Positions 1-10,902 of a stretch of DNA of 64,000 bases are shown in pieces. Under the pieces are notes generated by a model. That model saw only the letters and a list, made by a program, of their open reading frames with translations. It searched no databases and was not told where the DNA came from. Origin of the DNA: an uncultured Chthonomonadaceae bacterium (GTDB lineage Bacteria; Armatimonadota; Chthonomonadetes; Chthonomonadales; Chthonomonadaceae); the NCBI GenBank assembly GCA_963817895.1, contig CAWFQB010000003.1:576001-640000 (forward strand). Reading direction: 5' to 3'. The first letter of the stretch is position 1. The number at the start of each line of letters is the position of its first letter. The position numbers and the translations under genes were made by a program.

Positions 1-197
1 ACATGAACCCCGGCAGTTTGTCCGAGGATGCGCCGCCCGAAACCCTCCCCGCGCTGCTTCCTCCGGGCCAGTACCTACGCCTGCTACAGCAGGGCGGAAA
101 AATCTCCCTTGCGGTTCTCGCCGCGCTTTCTATGTCCCATCCGCCCCTGTTCGACGCCGATGCCCACTTCCTCACTCCGCCTGACGCCCCGGTGTAA
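1..197 (+). CDS. 3' end of an unidentified gene truncated by the window edge
   Basis: Open frame runs from the window start to TAA at 195-197; no recognisable motif. Confidence 0.35.
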   Translation, partial: MNPGSLSEDAPPETLPALLPPGQYLRLLQQGGKISLAVLAALSMSHPPLFDADAHFLTPPDAPV

Positions 198-451
198 GTA
201 GGGGTTTTTGCGCCTTCTGCTCTGCCTCCGCCGCTGCGTCGCCGTCTGCTAATGCGTGGTTAATGCCTCTGTGTTATAGTACCGTCATGACACGCTGCGC
301 ATGTCGACAGGACGGCCTGCTGCCCAAACATCGCCCACGCGCTTATGTGCCACAGCCTGAACCGGAGCGACGGGTTCCCACCTGCCGTTACCGTCGGGAT
401 ACCACGCCGAACTCCGCGCCAGCGCCGGAATCGGGAGAGGAAGATTGAAAT

Positions 452-1382
452 ATGATAACCACCCTAAGATTCTCACCGCGAAAATGGGTTCCTGGCCTGT
501 CTGTACTGGTGCTGCTGCCCCTGTGCCACAAAGCGACCGCGCAACATTCGATGTTCTCCGAGTCAATTGTCGGTGTGAACAACGGCGGGTACATCGCCAG
601 TCTCGACTTTAGTTACGTCACGGACAATTCAACGGCTTCTGCTTACGCCATGCCCTCGTTCACCGGAATGGATGGCATGGGAAACACGCAGACGATGACT
701 TTCACGGGCAGCACCGTTTCCCAATCGGATTACGGCAGGCTACACGTCTTGACGACGGGAACGCTCGCCAACTCCTACTACAACGTCAACAATCAGCCCT
801 ATGCCAATGCCAATGGTAATATCATCAACACCGCAGGCTCGCCTACCTCCCTGACGACATTAGGCTTTGCGGTCTTCAACGACACGCTTCAATATGGAGG
901 AGCGCTGCAAAGCGGATACAAAGCCCGCTATATTTTCCATGTAGATGGAACCAACTCCGGCACAGGCACGTTGGCGGATTTGGAACGTCACCGTGGATAC
1001 CAATCCGAGCGAAGGTTTTTTTGACTCCAATCTCGGACCTATTTCCACCGATTGGGTGACGCAAGACTACGCTGTCAACGGCATCGTTCCTCAGAACATC
1101 AACGTTCAATTCTCAGACCAAACTGTCTTCAACACCTATGACCTGACCGATGAACAGAACTACAGCGGCGCCTCGAACTTTTCCTCCACCCTCACGCTGG
1201 CGGGCATTGAACTGGTAGACAGCAATGGTAATCTCGCGTCCGGCTGGACGGTCACTTCCGCATCCGGCACACGCTACAATGCAATTCAGGGTATTCTCGT
1301 TCCCGAACCGGGAAGTATGGCGCTTTGCATCGGACTGGCAAGCGTTGGCGCAGGCTTGTATGGCAGGCGACGGCGCAAATAG
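452..1382 (+). CDS. Secreted PEP-CTERM sorting-domain protein (one frameshift near 981)
   Basis: ORF 452-1024 starts with a signal peptide. ORF 945-1382 ends VPEPGS, a hydrophobic stretch and RRRRK. The frames join near GATTTGGAACGTC. Confidence 0.85.
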
Positions 1383-1408
1383 CGCAGGAATTCTCCTGTA
1401 TTGTAGGG

Positions 1409-1451
1409 AAACGTCCCTCACTGCGAAAGTATTGCAGTGGGGGACGTTTTT
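1409..1451 (+). terminator. Intrinsic terminator-like hairpin after the PEP-CTERM gene
   Basis: gaaacgtccctcactgc...gcagtgggggacgttttt inverted repeat ending in a T-run. Confidence 0.6.
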
Positions 1452-1563
1452 CGTCTGAACCGGCATAGAGATTGCCTGATAGCAGCCTTGTGCGCCATGT
1501 CGCCGTTTGCCTTTGACGCCCTTGCCGCGCAGGAGGAAGTCTCGCGCAGAAAGAAGTTTTTAG

Positions 1564-2926
1564 ATGACGGATGCCACCGACATTTCCCGCCTCATCATTC
1601 AACTGTTTGATTACGCCGTCGAGGCGATGCTGATTCTGGATACGGAGGGGCGCATACTGTACGTGAATCAGGCGACCGCCGATTTTGGCGGCACGACGGT
1701 TGCGGCAATGCGGGGCAGATTGCTGTGGGATGTGTTTCCCGATACCGCCGGTCCCGCATACGAGTTCGCATTTCCGTCGGGCTGTGCGCGAACAGGTTCC
1801 GGTCACGATTGAATTCTATTTTCCGCCCGCGAATTTGTGGTTTGAGGTGCGCTTCTACCCGTCCCCCGAAGCGGTTGCCCTGTTCGCCGCCAACATTACT
1901 GAGCGCAAGCAGGCAACCGAAGCCATTCGCCTGTCAGAAGAAAAATATCGCAGGCTTCTTGACAGCGTAGATCAGGGGTACGCGCAGTGTGAGATGATCT
2001 GGGACGAGGAGGGAATGCCGATAAACTACCGCTTTCTGGAAGTCAACCCCGCCTTCGAGCGCATGTCCGGGCTTGCCGACGCAGGCGGTAAGATGGTGAA
2101 GGAACTGGTTCCCGATCTGGAAACCGCCTGGCTTGAGCGGTACGGACAAGTCGCGCATACGGGCAAATCGCTGCGTTTTCAGCAGGGTTCTGAGGTGATG
2201 GGGAGGGTGTTCGATGTGTTCGTGACGCCAACGGGAGGCAGTGGATTCCTCATTCTGTTCACGGACATTACGGAACGCCTGCGCCGCGAACAGGAAAATG
2301 AGGCGCTCAACCTCCGCCTGCGTCGCGCCATGCAGGAGACGCATCACCGCGTCAAAAATAATTTGCAGGTGATTTCCGCGCTGGTTGAAATGCAGGCTGT
2401 GGACGCGATTAATGAAGCGACGGCTACGCCGCTGCGCCGCATCAACCAGCATGTTCAGACGCTTTCGGTCATTCACGACCTGCTGACCCGCAACGCCAAC
2501 AACAACTCCAACCTCTCCCATCTGGGCGTCCGCTCTGTGCTTATGACGCTGCTCCCCCTCCTGCAAAACACCATCGGCAATCGTCGCATTGTCGCGAATA
2601 TTGAAGACGTTTCGCTTACCGCGCAGAAAGCGGCTTCGCTCGCGCTGCTTGTCAGCGAGTGCGTCAGTAACGCCGTCAAGCACGGAAAGGGCGACATCGA
2701 AGTCACCCTGCGAAACGAGGGCGCGTCCGCGCGTCTGGAAATTTGTGACGACGGCAGCGGCTTTCCGCCCAACTTCAACGCGCGCAAGGCCGCGAACACG
2801 GGGCTTCAACTGATCGAAAGCGCGGGATGCTGGGATTTAGGGGGTGAAGTGCAATACGACAACCACGAGGCGGGCGGCGGTCGCATTACCATTACCTTTC
2901 CCCTCGAAGCTGACGCAAAGCCATAA
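1564..2926 (+). CDS. PAS-PAS sensor histidine kinase, HisKA_2/HWE-like (frameshift near 1770)
   Basis: PAS fold in ORF 1564-1812 continues in ORF 1685-2926. H-box ETHHRVKNNLQ, N-box ECVSNAVKHG, G1 DDGSGF, G2 TGLQLI. Confidence 0.88.
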
Positions 2927-3070
2927 AATGTCTGCCTGTATAATCCTGCGCAAACTACGCGCGCGAATTTTGCGAATGAATTATTAAGAATAGGGCGGAA
3001 AGTAGTAAAATAGAATGAGAATATGAAGTTGATGAACGCGCTCTGCGTACCAGATAAATGAGGCAATACC

Positions 3071-3662
3071 ATGAAACGTGACTTTTCGGAAGTAACTCTC
3101 CAGCAGGCAATGCGGCATATCGGGCAGGAGAACATTCTGCGCTGGCAAATAAACGCCTCATCCCAACAACCGAGTGAACTCCTGCGGCAACGCTGGCAGA
3201 GTCTACACCGTGTTCGGGCGGGGTTCTTCGGATCAGGTGGAGTCATGGTACATTGACGCGCTCTTGCTGGAAGTGGTTCCCGACCAACCGAAGTTGAAGG
3301 TGTGGAAGGGAATGGCGCTGGAAACCGACACGCTGACGGGAATTGCGGATTATTTGATTGCGCCGAAATACGCTTATCTGGATACGCCGGTCTTGTGCGG
3401 CGTGGAAGCGCGTAGGGACGACTTCGAGCGGGCGCAAACGCTGTGCATCGCGCAAATGGACGCCTGCCGCTGGAGCAATGCGCAGTCGGGGCGCATCGTA
3501 GACATTCACGGCTTCGTCAGCAACGGCGCGATGTGGCATTTCTACCGTCTGGCGCATGGCGGCGCAACTTACGAAACAGAAATGCAGGTTATCAGCCGAA
3601 TGCCGGAACTGCTCGGCGCATTGGATTACATCTGCGCGGAGTGCGCGAAGAATATTCTCTGA
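3071..3662 (+). CDS. Hypothetical protein with a PD-(D/E)xK-like (HsdR-N-like) fold, frameshifted near 3200
   Basis: RBS-like GAGG before ATG 3071. The second frame has GIADY...VEARRDDF...Q..AQM...GFVSNG..W.F, which resembles restriction-fold stand-alone proteins. Confidence 0.55.
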
Positions 3663-3857
3663 AATATAGAAAGGAAAAAGTCGGATACTGCTGAAAGGTG
3701 TGCTGAAGATTGAAGTGTTTTCGTACTCTCATCCTGTATTTGAGTGGATATAAAGGATTTTGCCCTCGCTTGGAAAATTACAATGATGATGTAACTTTTC
3801 AGGCGTAAGCCCCTGTCAGTAATTTCATAGTAAGTAAACTCTGTGAGGTAGTAAAAG

Positions 3858-4851
3858 TTGAGCCTGAGCGACGACATTCTTGAAAAATCTATTGCTGCCG
3901 CTATTTCATCAATAGAGGTATACAACAAACCTACATTTGCTTTTCGTGAAGAAACGTTTTCAATCCTTATGACAAGCGCATGGGAGCTGATGCTGAAGGC
4001 AAAATTTATTAAGGACAAGGGCGAAGATTTCAATGCTATTGTCGTTACACATAAAGTCACTTTGCCTGATGGCAAAGTTGAGGACCATCCTAAATCGAAC
4101 CGTAGCGGAAATGCAATCACATTTGATGTGACTCACATGCTGAACCTACTTTCTACTCAGTCACCTTGCATCATTTCCAAACCTTGCCTCAGTAATTCTT
4201 TTGCTGGTTGAAGTGCGGGACAACTCTGTTCATTTTATCAATAAAGACCTCCACTTTTCGCGTCGTATTCAAGAAATTGGTCTTGCATCACTTAAAAACT
4301 ACCTGTCTTGCATCCAAGAGTGGTTCAATAGGGATTTATCATGTTATAATTTTTATCTGATGCCGCTCTCATTCTTTCATGGATTTGAGGCAATCGAAGT
4401 TGCCTCTGTCAACGCTTATTCTGAACAGATGAAAAATCTGGTGAAGTATATTGAGCATATAGAAAAAACAAATCCGTCTGAAGAAGGAGAAAACTACAGC
4501 GTCACAATGCGAGTAGAGACGAAACTCTGCCGCTCAAAAGATGAAGACGCCTTGCCCTACCGCTTTACGAATGATCCTGACGTGCCAGCAATCACTGTTC
4601 GAGAAGAAGATGCTTTGCAAGGGTTTCCATACGACTTCAGAACATTGACCAATTTACTTAAAAAGCGATACGAAAACTTTATTGAGAACCGAGCTTACCA
4701 TGACTTGAGAAAGAAGTTGGAAGGGAATCCAAAATACTGCAAAGTTCGCCAACTTGATTCACGAAGATTGGGTAGTTCCACAAAGAGGTATTTCAGTAGT
4801 GAGATAATCAAGGAGTTTGACGCCCACTACTTCAAGCGTACTGCTTCCTGA
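3858..4851 (+). CDS. DUF3644 (HEPN-related) domain protein with an EC042_2821-like C-terminus (frameshift near 4200)
   Basis: N-terminal KSIAAAISSIEVYNKP...REETFSILMTSAWELMLKA is typical of DUF3644. Rx4H motif RDNSVH at 4216-4233. Visibly AT-richer than its flanks. Confidence 0.75.
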
Positions 4852-4979
4852 CATGAAGTTTCTCTTCATCTGGAGCCTACCTGCACTCCTTACCGCAACG
4901 CCTGAAGTTTGCAGGAATTCCTCACTCCATTCGCTAATCTCTCCTTGTGGAAATTCGACTATCGCAAGGAGATTGCTTT

Positions 4980-6536
4980 ATGCCTCTGAAAATCGCTATG
5001 ATTGGAGCCGGGAGTATCGGCTTCACGCGCCGTCTGATGGCCGACCTGCTCACTGTGCCGGAGTTTGCCGACACGACGTTTGCCTTTACCGACCTCAACG
5101 CCCACAATCTAGACATGGTGCGCCAGCTTGCCGAGCGCGACATTGCCCACAACCACCTGCCCGCCAAAATAGAAGCCACGACTGACCGCCGAGCCGCCAT
5201 TGCCGACAGCGATTATGTGATCTGCATGATCCGGCAGGGCGGGCTGGAAGGCTTCCAGACCGACATTGACATTCCCCTCAAGTACGGCATTGACCAGTGC
5301 GTGGGCGATACCATTTGCGCGGGCGGCATCATGTACGCGCAGCGCGGCATTGCGGCCCTGCTGGACTTTTGCAAGGACATTCGCGAAGTGGCAAAGCCCG
5401 GCGCGCTGTTTCTGAACTACTCCAACCCGATGGCGATGCTGACATGGGCGTGCAACAAATACGGCGGCGTCAAGACCGTCGGCCTGTGTCACGGCGTTCA
5501 GGGCGCGCAGCACCAGATTGCCGATTGCGTGACCCACTGGGCGAAGGGGAAGGGCATTATCGGGGAAGACGAGAAGGTACACCGCCGGGACATTGAGTTC
5601 ACGTTCGCGGGCATCAACCATCAAACGTGGTGCTTAAAGGCCGTATGGCGCGAGTACGATTTGATTCCCATGCTGCTCGACCTGTTCCAATCCCACCCCA
5701 AATACCCGACGACGGAAAAAGTCCGCATTGACGTGCTGAAACGCTTCGGCTACTACTCGACCGAAAGCAACGGGCATCTGTCCGAGTACGTCCCCTGGTA
5801 TCGCAAGCGGCTGGATGATATTAACAAATGGATTGATTTGAGCACGTGGATCAATGGCGAAACGGGCGGGTATCTGCGCGTCTGCACCGAAGGCCGCAAC
5901 TGGTTCGAGACGGATTTCCCCAACTGGATGTCACAGGAACCGCCCACGTTCACTCCCGAAAAGCGCAGCGACGAACACGGCAGTTACATCATCGAGGGGC
6001 TGGAAACCGGGCGGACGTACCGGGGCCATTTCAATGTGCCGAATACGGGCATCATTACCAACCTGCCGGACGGCTGCATCATTGAATCGCTGGGATTTGT
6101 GGATCGCAACGGCATCAATATGGCGCACATCGGCGACCTGCCGCTCGCCTGCGCCGCAACGTGCAATGTTTCGGTCAACGTGCAGCGCATGGGCATGGAA
6201 GCGGCTGTTCACGGCGACGTGACGCTGCTAAAACAGGCCATGCTGCACGACCCGCTCGTTGGCGCGGTTTGCGATCCCGAAGAGGTGTGGCAAATGACAG
6301 ACGAGATGCTCGTGGCGCAGGCCGAATGGCTGCCGCAGTACGCTTCGTCTGTTCCCGCCGCGCAAGCGCGACTTGCGGAGCATGAGGCGAATGGAACCCG
6401 CGTAAAGACGATGGAGGGTTTTGCGGGCATGGCGCGGCTGCACACCAAAACGGTCGAGGAGATGGCCGCCCAAAAAGAGGAAGCCCGAAAGAACGCGCAG
6501 GCCGCCGACAAAGGCAAAATGACGCAGAATGCCTGA
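4980..6536 (+). CDS. melA: Family 4 glycoside hydrolase (NAD+-dependent alpha-galactosidase)
   Basis: KIAMIGAGSIGFT Rossmann start, DQCVGDT..AGG, LNYSNPM, VGLCHG, GINHQTW, TESNGHLSEYVPWY. Confidence 0.9.
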   Translation: MPLKIAMIGAGSIGFTRRLMADLLTVPEFADTTFAFTDLNAHNLDMVRQLAERDIAHNHLPAKIEATTDRRAAIADSDYVICMIRQGGLEGFQTDIDIPLKYGIDQCVGDTICAGGIMYAQRGIAALLDFCKDIREVAKPGALFLNYSNPMAMLTWACNKYGGVKTVGLCHGVQGAQHQIADCVTHWAKGKGIIGEDEKVHRRDIEFTFAGINHQTWCLKAVWREYDLIPMLLDLFQSHPKYPTTEKVRIDVLKRFGYYSTESNGHLSEYVPWYRKRLDDINKWIDLSTWINGETGGYLRVCTEGRNWFETDFPNWMSQEPPTFTPEKRSDEHGSYIIEGLETGRTYRGHFNVPNTGIITNLPDGCIIESLGFVDRNGINMAHIGDLPLACAATCNVSVNVQRMGMEAAVHGDVTLLKQAMLHDPLVGAVCDPEEVWQMTDEMLVAQAEWLPQYASSVPAAQARLAEHEANGTRVKTMEGFAGMARLHTKTVEEMAAQKEEARKNAQAADKGKMTQNA

Positions 6537-6720
6537 GATATTCGTGGAGTAGGACGTTCCTGATGCGCCGCGCTTTGCGACAATCCGTTCGTGTTCACCA
6601 CGAATTTCGACGTGGCAACTGCGGCGTCATCGGAACCGATACAGGGCGGAAATACGGTCAATCATTCTCTGCCCCTGAATTATCCATAAACATCGCCGGA
6701 AGGCGCGTGCCTACGGAAGG

Positions 6721-7578
6721 CTAAACTCTATCCAGCGCTCCCATAACTCCCGCTGACGGTTCGCTTGCGGATTCATCCTCCGGCAACAGGGGGTAGATCA
6801 GTTGGTCAAGCAGGGAAGGGGGCAAAGTGGCTTCGATCCCATACGAGTCGGGCCATTCGTTCGGCAGGTTGTGCGTGCCGAAGAGACGGTCCAGCCAGGG
6901 GAAGACGGAAGCGTAGTTGCGGTTGATTGGCCCGGTTCTGGTGTGGTGCCAGTGGTGAAACTTCGGGGTGGATACCAGCCATTCCAGAAGGCCGAAGCGC
7001 CAGCGCAGGTTGGCGTGAATGAGAAATCCCCACAACGTGCCGATAAGAATCACCACAACCGGAAGCGCGCTGCCGCCCGACGCGCTTGACGGGCCAGCCA
7101 GTCCCAGCATGACCATCGGCACAATTCCGCAAAACCGGCTGAACACCATGTCCAGCGGATGCGCGCGCGTGTTGACCAGAAAATCTACCTCTTCCGCGCT
7201 GTGGTGTATCGCATGAAAACGCCACAGGAACGGATTTTCGTGGCTCCAGCGATGCCCCCAGTAATAACCGATTTCCCCTGCAACAAGTCCGACTGCAACC
7301 CGCGCCCAAAAGGGGAGTGATCCTGTGAAAGCGAAAACGCTTTCGGGTACGACATGTCGGACCGACCATCCCAGAAGCGCTACCGGCACACTTAACAAAG
7401 CGGCGGGAACCAGACTGCTGATAAAGTAGTAGCAGAGGTCAAGCCCAATACCTTTTCGCAGCCCTGTGTGGGCATGGACGGCAAAAAAACGCTCCAGTGG
7501 CACAAAAATAACGACCAGAATCGCCAGCCACACGGAGAGCCGAAAGATGCTGAGTAACAAGACTAGAATGGGTGCCAT
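6721..7578 (-). CDS. Sterol desaturase / fatty acid hydroxylase family membrane di-iron enzyme
   Basis: His boxes HRWSH, HAIHH and HHWHH, several TM helices, NYA..F.WLDRLFGT. Confidence 0.9.
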   Translation of the reverse strand: MAPILVLLLSIFRLSVWLAILVVIFVPLERFFAVHAHTGLRKGIGLDLCYYFISSLVPAALLSVPVALLGWSVRHVVPESVFAFTGSLPFWARVAVGLVAGEIGYYWGHRWSHENPFLWRFHAIHHSAEEVDFLVNTRAHPLDMVFSRFCGIVPMVMLGLAGPSSASGGSALPVVVILIGTLWGFLIHANLRWRFGLLEWLVSTPKFHHWHHTRTGPINRNYASVFPWLDRLFGTHNLPNEWPDSYGIEATLPPSLLDQLIYPLLPEDESASEPSAGVMGALDRV

Positions 7579-7671
7579 CAGGTACTATCCCGGCGCGTTG
7601 ATGAAGGGGACTGGAATGTAGGCAAAACAGCCGCTCGAACATCAACGAAACGTGTCCTCGGTTGATTTATT

Positions 7672-7724
7672 ACCGTTGCAACGGCCCGAAGCAGGATGAA
7701 ACATCTTCGGGCCGTTGCAACGGC
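7672..7724. terminator. Strong hairpin between the PEP-CTERM gene and the desaturase gene
   Basis: ccgttgcaacggcccgaag...cttcgggccgttgcaacgg perfect inverted repeat. Confidence 0.6.
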
Positions 7725-7751
7725 AGGGTGAAGTCTGCGCGAATGTCAGTC

Positions 7752-8489
7752 TTACTTCGCGGATTTCGCGGACCGGGCGCGGCGGCGGACGAAAACGCCG
7801 GAGCCGACAACGCCGATGAACAGCGCGGCCAGAGCCGTTGGTTCCGGCACGGCGGCGACGGATACGCCGTCCAGCAGGGAGAACGGGGGTTCGCCCGCCG
7901 GTGTGCCTACCGCCAGAAACGACAGCAACTGACTGGTGGAATGGGCGGTGTACGTGAACGTCTGCGCCTGCCAGCCGGTGAAACCGTGCTCGGCGTTATC
8001 CAGGAGGGCCGTGGACTGCATATCGCCTCCGAAACTCACCTTGAACTGCTCCTTAGTCGCGCCGCTACGCCCCAATTGCTGCGCGCCGGCCCAGTAGAAA
8101 CTGACGGCATATTTGTTGCCCACAATCAGGTTGGTGACGGTTTGTTGAATAGGCTGTATTTGAAAGCCTCCATCCAGCGCGACGAAATTGCCGCCATTGG
8201 GGCTGGACACAGGCATCCCGTTGGCAGAGCCATCGTTCGGCCCCCAGAGTTTGACAGTTCCATACTGGCCGACTGCGCCGGTTGTATCCGCAGTTCCCGA
8301 AGCGAACAGGAAGGCGTAACCCCCGGACGGCACGGTCCAACCTGTCGCTGTGGTGTTGTAACTCAACTGGCCGTTGCCGTTTGTGGTCGCCTCAAAACCT
8401 CCATTGAGCAGCGTCTGCGCCCGCGCGACGCCGGACATGCCGATGAACAATCCCATTACCGCACTACCAATTTTTACCTTTTTTGTCAT
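7752..8489 (-). CDS. Secreted PEP-CTERM sorting-domain protein
   Basis: Signal peptide MTKKVKIG...ARA, LLNGGFE start, C-terminal VPEPT followed by a TM helix and RRRAR. Confidence 0.9.
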   Translation of the reverse strand: MTKKVKIGSAVMGLFIGMSGVARAQTLLNGGFEATTNGNGQLSYNTTATGWTVPSGGYAFLFASGTADTTGAVGQYGTVKLWGPNDGSANGMPVSSPNGGNFVALDGGFQIQPIQQTVTNLIVGNKYAVSFYWAGAQQLGRSGATKEQFKVSFGGDMQSTALLDNAEHGFTGWQAQTFTYTAHSTSQLLSFLAVGTPAGEPPFSLLDGVSVAAVPEPTALAALFIGVVGSGVFVRRRARSAKSAK

Positions 8490-8980
8490 GTGTCTTTCCT
8501 CTGTAGAATGAATCGCCATCGCCGAATTCGGGATGGACACGCCTTCGCATCTACTTGACAGACTGTATCCTGTAATAAATACATCAACGCGCTTCGCAAC
8601 ATCTATCGAAGTATGTACATGCCATTTTCGCGCTAATATGTCGAAATCTATAGGCGTGATGCTGCGAATCGGGTATATCTGCCGGAGAAATGTCTGCTTG
8701 ACATGAGAATATTAGCGGGAGTAGAGGCCGGACGTTTACGGGGTGGCGAAGGGAAAGTGTCAGGTTGGAAACGGATAGGGGCAGATGCGGCGCGTTCTTT
8801 AGCGCGCTGTTTTGAAGGGATGTGAGAAAAAAGGTTATGAGAAGGGATATGGCGGGAAACCGGTGAAATACCTGCTGCGCAAGCCGGGTGGCCTGCGCGG
8901 CAGGATACGAAAAGCGTGTGAAGATACGCGAAACAGGATTACATGGTGAAGAGGGGACAATGCCCGAAATTCCGCGTCGC

Positions 8981-9400
8981 TTAATTCTTGAATTTGGAGG
9001 CTTCCTTCGCGAGATGGGGGGCGAGCATTTCGGCGGAAAATCGGACGAACTGTGTGGGCGGTTTCACGGTGGGCCTGAAGAGGCACAGGAGTCCCTGCTG
9101 AAGGTCTTCACAATAGATCACGTTCGCCATTGCGCCATTGATGGTCATGCCGCCGTGAATGAAGTTGTATTCCTTCACTCGTATCAGGCGCAGGTTGTCC
9201 AATTTTACCCGATCCGTTTTGAAAATCTGGCCGCCGATCTGCCCCAGCAGTTGCAGTAGGAGTTCGTTTTCGGCAGGTTCGCCCACGTCGAAGAATTTTG
9301 GGTCTTCCCCGAAATGGTCGAAGAAATATTCAAAGACTTCGGAGAAATCTTTCGCCGTAGAAATTTTAAAGCGCAACGTTTCGAGCAGGGAAATGTCCAT
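8981..9400 (-). CDS. Hypothetical protein (about 139 aa)
   Basis: Clean ORF with globular composition; likely start MDISLLE. Confidence 0.7.
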   Translation of the reverse strand: MDISLLETLRFKISTAKDFSEVFEYFFDHFGEDPKFFDVGEPAENELLLQLLGQIGGQIFKTDRVKLDNLRLIRVKEYNFIHGGMTINGAMANVIYCEDLQQGLLCLFRPTVKPPTQFVRFSAEMLAPHLAKEASKFKN

Positions 9401-9578
9401 TGGTTTGTGTCTTTCGTCAGTCAGGGTTGTGGGATAATTAGGTCCGATCTGCAATGATAGTTCGTCATTTTGCGCCTACATTCCTTTTACCAGCAGTTTT
9501 GTTTTTGGAGGCATCGCATCACGCGCTGAAGTTCGCGCCAAATTTGTCAGGATGCGGTTTGCAAATTCATTTTAACTT

Positions 9579-10729
9579 TTATGCGTACACGCGGCGCAGG
9601 TGAAATTCCAGGCGGTAGTGAGCCTGTCCGCAGCGTACATCGAGGAATTTAACCACATCCTGTTCGCCATTGATCTGGCGCGCGGTTTCCACCTCCTCGC
9701 GCGTCCACTTGAGCGTGGTCATGCCCATCAGGGTATCATGGCCGCATCCTGCAATCGTTTCCTGAACATGATCTTTCAGCGCAGGACATAAATCGGGTTG
9801 CGTCAAATCCGTTTTCCCCAGGAACTCGCGATCCATGACGATGCCGCTCCACAATTCCGTTGCCTTGTGTTCGCCCCATTCGTCGGGCGTCTGCACAGCG
9901 TAACTATTCACATCCCAGCGCTTGCCCAACAATCCGTGACGGAAGTTGTTGACGTTGCCCAACCCGATATGGAACACGGAGTTCTCCGGATTGGTGACGG
10001 GCTGAACCTGTCCCGCATCGTCGCGCCTGCCACCCATCATCAGTTCCGATTCGACGCGCATGGAGCTGTGTACGTCCTCATACGCGCCATGCGCAATGGT
10101 CTTCCAGTTCTGGCTGTCTGCGGCTATACCCAGCAGATAGGGATAATCCGCCTCGCCGGACTTTGACGTTCGCAGGCACTTCAAGCCTTTGAACAGCGAT
10201 AAATAGAGAGGCTTTTGAACGGGCAGAACCGTAAGGATAACCGCGTTGCTCCGCGCCCCGTCCTCGGCTTCAACAAGGGTCAGGCGATAATCCCCTTCGC
10301 AGAGTTGTTCGGGTAAAGTAACGCTTTTCAGCGTGTTCCAGCCGTAAGCGTCCAATTGCTGCGGCGAACCGAAAGGATTGTTCAGCGGTTCCAGAATGGC
10401 GGTCGCCTGCGCGGGCAGATCGCAGCCATGCGCGTACAGCGTTTCGCCGGACAGAATGACATGCGCGCCCTCGGCTTCATGCCCCGTTTCCCGCGCTTTT
10501 CTGGAAAACACGGCGTCAATCGTCGGCAGCGTTTCGGCAGGATTGTCGCGTCCGGTTGCGAGAAGGTGCGTAATCGTCAGCGCGTCCGGCAGGCGAACGG
10601 GAAACACATCCGTATTCGGCGCGTTGGGAAAACCGACGCTTCTGCCTGCGTCCCAATTTTCGTCGGCGCGGACGAGAACGACATCAGGTATGTCGCGTCA
10701 GAAGTATTTTGTTCTTGAACAGCAATCAT
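9579..10729 (-). CDS. Hypothetical protein (frameshift near 10628)
   Basis: AAGGAG RBS precedes ATG at 10729. One added base in a C-run joins it to ORF 10607-9579. Confidence 0.6.
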
Positions 10730-10902
10730 TGGTTGGCTCCTTGAAGATGAATAAGATAGGATTTGACTGACTGCGCGTTGCGTCATGTGTTGTCGCCGCA
10801 TTTCAGGTCAGGTTCGTGGCTATTTTAATCTGCCTGCGTCATGAAAACGCTTTAGATGTGTCAGAATACTGTTATATTAGCGTTATAAAAGAGGACGGCA
10901 CA

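Noticed and set aside
263..448. 61-aa ORF upstream of the first PEP-CTERM gene
   Set aside because: No RBS or motif; more likely 5' UTR, and no riboswitch was recognised by eye.
8540..8980. Possible ncRNA in the 440-bp intergenic gap
   Set aside because: Only one terminator-like hairpin (about 8871-8905) and promoter-like AT stretches; no recognisable RNA family. An Rfam cmscan would settle it.
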